IMG/VR virus record: IMGVR_UViG_3300001592_000008
Source of the DNA: an uncultured virus (IMG/VR IMGVR_UViG_3300001592_000008)
Taxonomy: Duplodnaviria; Heunggongvirae; Uroviricota; Caudoviricetes
DNA length: 64,000 bases
Direction: 5' to 3' (one strand)
Shown here: positions 58,837 through 64,000 of the stretch, piece after piece
Layout of the letters: every line of letters starts with the position of its first letter
Position numbering within the stretch: position 1 is the stretch's first letter
Translations under genes and position numbers: made by a program
Notes under the pieces: model-generated
Database searches by the model: none
Told to the model about the DNA's origin: nothing
Seen by the model: only the letters and a program-made list of their open reading frames with translations

Positions 58837-58841
58837 ATCTT

Positions 58842-59639
58842 CTATAATACTTCAAATGCAATTCCTCTGTACTTAGATTTCAAAGCAGGAAGAACTCTAT
58901 TCATTTCATCGACATAGTGTTTAACCCTTCCAGCAAAAAGTCCTCCGTTAGCACTTCTTGCTAATGGAGTGTTTTGAGTAACTCCGTCCAAACTCATTTG
59001 TATAGAAGTGACTCCAATTCCATATAAAATGTCACCTATTACAGCAAGTACATTAAGTGCAGCAAATTTAGCAATGAAATCAAATAAATCAGCTGGTATT
59101 TTATCCCATCCTGTTATATATCTCGGTCTCCAATAATTTGGAATATAGCTTTGACCGAACCAACCAAGGTGAGGAGAAAGTCCATTGTAAATTAAAGAGT
59201 TTTGAGTCATTGTAGCACCGCCTTTACTTCCAGTGTTAGGTATTAAGTAAACATTTCTGTAAACAGCTACATCCGCTTGTCTTTTAATTGACAACCATTC
59301 TTTCGGATAAGTTATTTGACAAACGTCATTTATCCAACCTTCTAAATTGTCAATATAAACAATAGGATACATTGTCCTGATATAACCCCAAGACATAAAT
59401 TCTTGACGATTGAAATCACGGTTTTCCTCTATGACTTGTTTGGTCAGTTTTAGACTGAAAAGACTTTCAATCTGAGCTTGTGCAGTCAGAATGTGTTGAG
59501 AAATAGCTGTTGATGACATCTTCCTTCCATCGTTTGAACATAAAGGAATACCAAACAAATAATTCTCAATCAACTCAGTAGGAGACATAATCATCTCCAT
59601 ATTCTTGTTGTATTGTATTTTCAATCTTAAACTTGGCAT
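58842..59639 (-). CDS. Head-tail adaptor protein
   Basis: YLFGIPL, PNYW..YITG..IPADL, SLDGVTQ. Confidence 0.7.
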   Translation of the reverse strand: MPSLRLKIQYNKNMEMIMSPTELIENYLFGIPLCSNDGRKMSSTAISQHILTAQAQIESLFSLKLTKQVIEENRDFNRQEFMSWGYIRTMYPIVYIDNLEGWINDVCQITYPKEWLSIKRQADVAVYRNVYLIPNTGSKGGATMTQNSLIYNGLSPHLGWFGQSYIPNYWRPRYITGWDKIPADLFDFIAKFAALNVLAVIGDILYGIGVTSIQMSLDGVTQNTPLARSANGGLFAGRVKHYVDEMNRVLPALKSKYRGIAFEVL

Positions 59640-59662
59640 ATCAGGACAATGTAAAAATGTTA

Positions 59663-60082
59663 TTACTTTTCTTCGTCATCTTCCTCTTCGTCCAACTCAC
59701 CTGCTTCAGCAGCTTCATCGTACTTTTTCAAAAGATAAGCCTTTATCAGTTTTTTGGAGTTCAATTTGTCGTACTCCTCTTCAGGCATTTCACCTTCTTT
59801 AGCAAGGTCTTTCATTTGAGCAAGAGTCAAAGTGTCAAGATGAGCGGCAAACTTTTCACGGTCTGAAGCATCTTCATCAACGTCATCTTCCTCTTCGTCT
59901 GAATCATCTGCAGCTGCTGCAGCTTTCTTAGCGTATTCCCAGTCATTAGTGCTCGTTACAAGCACGGCTGCACATTTAGCTGATACATCGGCTACTCCGT
60001 TAGCATCGATGGTAATAAGCCCATCTACAGGCACGATAAGCTGCATTGAGCTGTTTTTCGGATTTTTTGCTTTAATTTTCAT
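59663..60082 (-). CDS. Small acidic virion-region protein with a Rho-N/HeH-like motif
   Basis: Follows the capsid gene; LDTLTLAQMKDLAKE...KKLIKAYL. Start set at MKIKAK. Confidence 0.65.
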   Translation of the reverse strand: MKIKAKNPKNSSMQLIVPVDGLITIDANGVADVSAKCAAVLVTSTNDWEYAKKAAAAADDSDEEEDDVDEDASDREKFAAHLDTLTLAQMKDLAKEGEMPEEEYDKLNSKKLIKAYLLKKYDEAAEAGELDEEEDDEEK

Positions 60083-60100
60083 TTTGTTTACGATTTTAAG

Positions 60101-60135
60101 AAAAAAGGAGCAGGGTACACGTCCCCACCCCTTTT
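60101..60135 (-). terminator. Terminator-like hairpin after the major capsid gene
   Basis: Imperfect GC-rich stem followed by a T-run on the minus strand. Confidence 0.45.
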
Positions 60136-60157
60136 CTCGATTTAACAATTTTATCGG

Positions 60158-61654
60158 TTATTTTACGAATTTGCCGATGTTGATGAAGCGTACCAATTTC
60201 TTTGGAGCATAAAGGAACGGAGTTCCATAAAGCAATACCATGAAACGGAATGCAGGAGAAAGTACAGCCAAATCCATCTTCATCAGAGGAGCAAGCTGAG
60301 CAAACTCAACTACTTCATTATCAAACTGAGCAAGCATTGACTGGTCAGTATCTGGTAAGAAGCGGTTCATATCTCGGATAATGCCGGCACCACCACCATC
60401 GTATCCACGTGTTACATCGTCAAGAGAAACTTCAAACAATGGGAAGAACTCTCCAGTTGCAGAACCTCCTACTTTGGTACGATAAATGCGATAACAAGTT
60501 GCTTTGTTTACGCCACCACCGTCTGCAAATTTCAAATCAATAGCTCCGTTAGCTACTGCTGCAGCAGGAGCAGTGCTGTAAATAGACATATCGGATTCAC
60601 CGAAACGGTTGATTGCAACAACACCGTAATAAACATTACCAGCATCGGTTGAAGCCCATTTGCTTCCTGAAATACTGTTCTGAACTGCTACTGGAGTAGT
60701 AACATCCCAAACAGGCTTGTTAGGAGCTTTTTGAGAAGTAGCTGCACTTGCTGAAGATTTACTTGGTTGTTTTTTGAAGAATACGTCATGGTTCAAACCA
60801 ATCTGTCCGAACTGAGAATCAAAGGCTTGAACTCTCTGACCCATAACTCCGTTACTCAAACTTGGAGTGTTAGGAACAATGAATTTGTTGCCATAGAAAT
60901 TCTTAACGAAGTTAGACAGAACAGCAGGTGGGCCATAAATTTGAGTACCCAATCCGTAGTTCTCTACGATAGAGTTGGCAGCTTGTTCAATAGCTTCTTC
61001 GGTAAGAGCAGAACCACGAAGGTCAACAACCTGTTCTGAATTCATATACTCGGCATAAGAAGCCCAAGCGTCAGATTGCATCTGTTGAGCCAAGAAGCCG
61101 TTAAATTGTTCAGGAACCATTTTTTCATTACCGAAATACAAACCCTGGTTCAAAGTACGCAAAATCCAAAGAGTTCCATCTTTGATTGTACGTTCCATAA
61201 CGGAACCAATCATTGTGTTTACAAGGGTCATCTGGTGAGTTACGCTCTTAGTTACACCAAGATACTTCACCAACTGTGCCCTACGAACAAAGATTGAATC
61301 TTCTTCTTCTGGCAATTCACCTTCTCTGTTCCAACCGCCACGATTAGCACCATAAGAAGTCTGTTGGTTGTACTCTTCTACGGTATTGTAAGCAGCCTTC
61401 TTAGGAAGGTCTTTCCACAAGCGAATGTCGCTTTCACGGAAGGTGATGTGCTTCAGAGTTTTCTCCAAAGACTCAACCTTCAAAGGTGCACCTGACGCAG
61501 TGGTCAAATCAGCGGTTGAACGCCCTGTTATGTCTTGAGCTTCAAGAGCTTTATTCAGTTGGTCAAGTCCTTCTGAACCATGCATACCAGAGTGGAAACC
61601 ATCTTGTTGTGCAGCATAGCCATAGTCGGCTAAGTTGATAGATAATCTTTCCAT
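60158..61654 (-). CDS. Major capsid protein (SPO1/Twort-like)
   Basis: GAPLKVESLEKTLK, FNGF, DLRGS.L, QLAPLMKMDLA, LYGTPFLYAPKK; follows the protease gene. Confidence 0.9.
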   Translation of the reverse strand: MERLSINLADYGYAAQQDGFHSGMHGSEGLDQLNKALEAQDITGRSTADLTTASGAPLKVESLEKTLKHITFRESDIRLWKDLPKKAAYNTVEEYNQQTSYGANRGGWNREGELPEEEDSIFVRRAQLVKYLGVTKSVTHQMTLVNTMIGSVMERTIKDGTLWILRTLNQGLYFGNEKMVPEQFNGFLAQQMQSDAWASYAEYMNSEQVVDLRGSALTEEAIEQAANSIVENYGLGTQIYGPPAVLSNFVKNFYGNKFIVPNTPSLSNGVMGQRVQAFDSQFGQIGLNHDVFFKKQPSKSSASAATSQKAPNKPVWDVTTPVAVQNSISGSKWASTDAGNVYYGVVAINRFGESDMSIYSTAPAAAVANGAIDLKFADGGGVNKATCYRIYRTKVGGSATGEFFPLFEVSLDDVTRGYDGGGAGIIRDMNRFLPDTDQSMLAQFDNEVVEFAQLAPLMKMDLAVLSPAFRFMVLLYGTPFLYAPKKLVRFINIGKFVK

Positions 61655-61682
61655 ATCTTCTTTCTTTTAATAATTATGATGT

Positions 61683-63179
61683 TTATTTAACAATTTCAAC
61701 TCCATACTCGTTTTTCATGCGAGCAATGATTGACGTAGGAAGAGACTTATTTGCTTCAAAAGCGGTACAAGCCTTGCTAAACTCTTCGTCAAATCCTTTA
61801 CTAAAGGTAGCTTGGTCAAGCAATTCAGCAATAGCATGAGGATTTTTGCTCATACTTACCTGATTGGTTTTTGCAGACTTTCCTCCTTCGTTACCAAAGT
61901 CATTCTCATTTGATTTAGCAAATGTACGTTCAACTGGACGTGATGCACTGAGAGACTTAGGTGCTGGTACATCTGAACCGAAGGCTTCAAGTTTTTCAGA
62001 CATTACCGAAATAGTGTCTTCTTGACCTTTGATAATTTCTTTCAATTCAGCGTTTTCAGACATAATAGCAGTTGCTTTCTGAGCCACGTCTTTAACCATA
62101 ACACCAAGAGCTTTGATGAAATTAGTTTGATTAGCGTGAGAAGTAGCAATTGCCTTTTCAATACGGTCAAAGCGGTTAGTACCACCTTTCTTCATTTTGC
62201 CTTTTTCTTCAACTTCTACATCGTCTTCATCTTCTTCTGCTTCCTCTTCATCGGTTTCATCTTCCTCCGATGTTTTCTCAGCTTCTTTAGTTTTAGACTT
62301 TGCTTTGCTGATAGGCTCTTTTTTGGTTTGTCCGCCATTGGCGTCACAACCTTCACCCTTTTCAATATCATTAGGCTCTACGTCAAGCCCAAGAGCTTCG
62401 TATGCTTTTGTGATATCATCTTCAGTGATTGTTTTTTTACCTTTCATATTCGCAAACTTTTTTAACATTAAATGAATATTTTCTGCTTTCTCAATACTTA
62501 TACCTGGAATGTCTTTGAAAAGCCTTTCGATAACCTCTGATTTTGAAAAAGTCTGATTTTTAAGTTTCTTATCAACTGACTCTTTCTTCAATGCTTTTGC
62601 ATTTTCTGTATCAACTGCTTCTTCTACTTCATCCTCATCAAAGTCATCGTCAATCTCTCCTTTAATTATATTAGCAAAGGTTTGAGGATTTTTAGGCTGA
62701 TGAGTAACGGCTACTCCAGTAATTACGGCTTTTATAATTTTTTTGTAATCAGGAGAAGTTTTATCATTAGATTTACGTTTCAAAACTTTTCCTTCAATAG
62801 AATAACCAAGCCTTCTTGTTTTTGAATCTTTTTCAAGAACTTGAGCAAGTTCCCAAACATCACAAGCTATTTTACTTGAAGGATACAAATCAGTTTCAAT
62901 GTATAATCCTTCTGGACGAATTTCTGCTTTTGAAGGCTCTCCGATAATAGTGGCGGGTTGACCTTTTGCTTGATGATGCCAATTTACCATTCCGCTTTCT
63001 AACAACGGTTTGATATCAAATCCTTTGGGGTCAAGAAACTCTCCATCACTATCTTCATCAGATGTTGAAGCAATACCGCCTAAACGCATTACTTCTTCTC
63101 CAGTAGTGGGGTCAATAATAGTTTCTTGAGCCTTTTCAATCGGACACCAAAATTTGAATTTATCTTCTATCTTTGCCAT
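61683..63179 (-). CDS. Prohead protease fused to a scaffold-like region
   Basis: GIAST..DSDGE, NWHH, LGYSIEG, VAVT..PKN; acidic/coiled-coil C-terminus. Confidence 0.85.
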   Translation of the reverse strand: MAKIEDKFKFWCPIEKAQETIIDPTTGEEVMRLGGIASTSDEDSDGEFLDPKGFDIKPLLESGMVNWHHQAKGQPATIIGEPSKAEIRPEGLYIETDLYPSSKIACDVWELAQVLEKDSKTRRLGYSIEGKVLKRKSNDKTSPDYKKIIKAVITGVAVTHQPKNPQTFANIIKGEIDDDFDEDEVEEAVDTENAKALKKESVDKKLKNQTFSKSEVIERLFKDIPGISIEKAENIHLMLKKFANMKGKKTITEDDITKAYEALGLDVEPNDIEKGEGCDANGGQTKKEPISKAKSKTKEAEKTSEEDETDEEEAEEDEDDVEVEEKGKMKKGGTNRFDRIEKAIATSHANQTNFIKALGVMVKDVAQKATAIMSENAELKEIIKGQEDTISVMSEKLEAFGSDVPAPKSLSASRPVERTFAKSNENDFGNEGGKSAKTNQVSMSKNPHAIAELLDQATFSKGFDEEFSKACTAFEANKSLPTSIIARMKNEYGVEIVK

Positions 63180-63191
63180 AATTTTACAAAA

Positions 63192-63221
63192 TAAAGGTCA
63201 AAAGTTCCGAACCTTTGACCT
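63192..63221 (-). terminator. Hairpin terminator after the lysis genes
   Basis: AGGTCAAA...TTTGACCT followed by TTATTTT on the minus strand. Confidence 0.6.
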
Positions 63222-63247
63222 CTTAATAACTGTCAATTGTGATTTGC

Positions 63248-63577
63248 TTACTTTTCGGACATGGTTCTTTTTATCCATCCGTAAAAAAATTTTTTATTGC
63301 TCGGTTTTTTTTCACAGATTGAAATATAATACTTGACCTTTTCCATTCTTCTCGCATTCATATAATCTTCATACGGAATGGTTGTATTCAAACTGTCAAC
63401 TTTGTGTTTCCAAAATTGAACATCTGATTCAAGTTCTTTTATCCTTTCCTGATTGATAACAGGAACCTCTACATACACTGTATCAGGCACTTGTATAACA
63501 GGCTCTACAGTTTTCTGTACGCTCGGTTTACAGCTAATCATTAAAGCGGTTAGCAAGCATAAAAATATCGTTCTCAT
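63248..63577 (-). CDS. Lipoprotein, putative spanin
   Basis: Lipobox LMISC, Pro/Val stretch, coiled coil; overlaps the lysin stop codon. Confidence 0.55.
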   Translation of the reverse strand: MRTIFLCLLTALMISCKPSVQKTVEPVIQVPDTVYVEVPVINQERIKELESDVQFWKHKVDSLNTTIPYEDYMNARRMEKVKYYISICEKKPSNKKFFYGWIKRTMSEK

Positions 63578-63984
63578 ACCACTGAATTTAATTTGTTTAA
63601 TAGTTCATTACTCATCTTACCAGTCTCTCTCATTTTGAATTGCCGTTCAGATAATTTTATAGAAGTACCAACACCCATATTAACAGACGTGTCATACATA
63701 TCGTTGGCTACATCTTGTTTATTGATTTTGTCACCCCAAACTGGATTCCAATAATTTACTCGGTATAAATCTTCTTTAGCTTTTTCAAGCTCTGGAGAAA
63801 TAATTACTTGACCATTTTTCTTATTCGGAATTTTATCAAGTAATTTCCAACCAATCCATGATGGGTTAGCTTTTCTACTTATACCGCTCCAAGTCTCTTC
63901 TCCTGAATCACCGTCTATATTAGTCCAGACGTTTTTGCCTTCAAATTTTTCTGTTCTCTTGAAAGCTATTTCAAAAATTGCCAT
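63574..63984 (-). CDS. Glycoside hydrolase family 108 lysozyme (endolysin)
   Basis: FEG...DSGEETWSGIS...YWN...YDTSVNMG. Confidence 0.85.
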   Translation of the reverse strand: MAIFEIAFKRTEKFEGKNVWTNIDGDSGEETWSGISRKANPSWIGWKLLDKIPNKKNGQVIISPELEKAKEDLYRVNYWNPVWGDKINKQDVANDMYDTSVNMGVGTSIKLSERQFKMRETGKMSNELLNKLNSVV

Positions 63985-64000
63985 GGTTATATTATTTAAT

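Noticed and set aside
1213..63638. The many plus-strand ORFs and nested alternative-frame minus-strand ORFs in the track
   Set aside because: They are shadows of real minus-strand genes; the Ser/Phe-rich ones are antisense translations of Glu/Lys tracts.
1..64000. Stop-codon reassignment (TAG to Gln, as in some crAss-like and Lak phages)
   Set aside because: Long genes are intact in code 11, TAG serves as a normal stop, most breaks are frame changes rather than in-frame stops, and no suppressor tRNA was seen.

Overview
A 64 kb segment of a large, AT-rich dsDNA myovirus. Nearly all genes are on the minus strand. The host is probably a Bacteroidota member: there are TTTG-N19-TAnnTT(T/C)G promoters and AT-rich leaders with no Shine-Dalgarno sequence. 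In the direction of transcription (right to left) the window holds five blocks. (1) A GH108 lysin and a lipoprotein. (2) A structural module: prohead protease/scaffold, SPO1/Twort-type major capsid, neck, sheath, tube, tape measure, hub with M23 peptidase, baseplate and an SGNH-bearing tail fibre. (3) A repeat-containing gap. (4) A replication/recombination module: SF2 helicase, GIY-YIG homing endonuclease, DnaB, primase, a sigma-like factor, a thymidylate-synthase-fold enzyme resembling dUMP hydroxymethylase, DnaE, HD nucleotidase, Nmad1/DUF1599, UvsY, SSB, RecA, SbcD/SbcC, RuvC, a second sigma-like factor and UvrD. (5) An accessory region with a TerS-like gene, DenV and many small ORFs. The most striking feature missed by the ORF track is a circularly permuted (two-piece) tmRNA gene at about 2662-3010, with tag GKIIQMFPQQLRAVA. 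Other highlights are a probable 5-hydroxymethyluracil DNA-modification cluster, a two-sigma cascade with a recurrent CAAAGTTAT upstream motif, apparent absence of GATC, and a DNA/protein module shared by the SSB and an unknown acidic protein. Ns and several single-base indels split real genes, so the assembly appears to contain errors. All protein calls come from motif recognition by eye, not from database searches.
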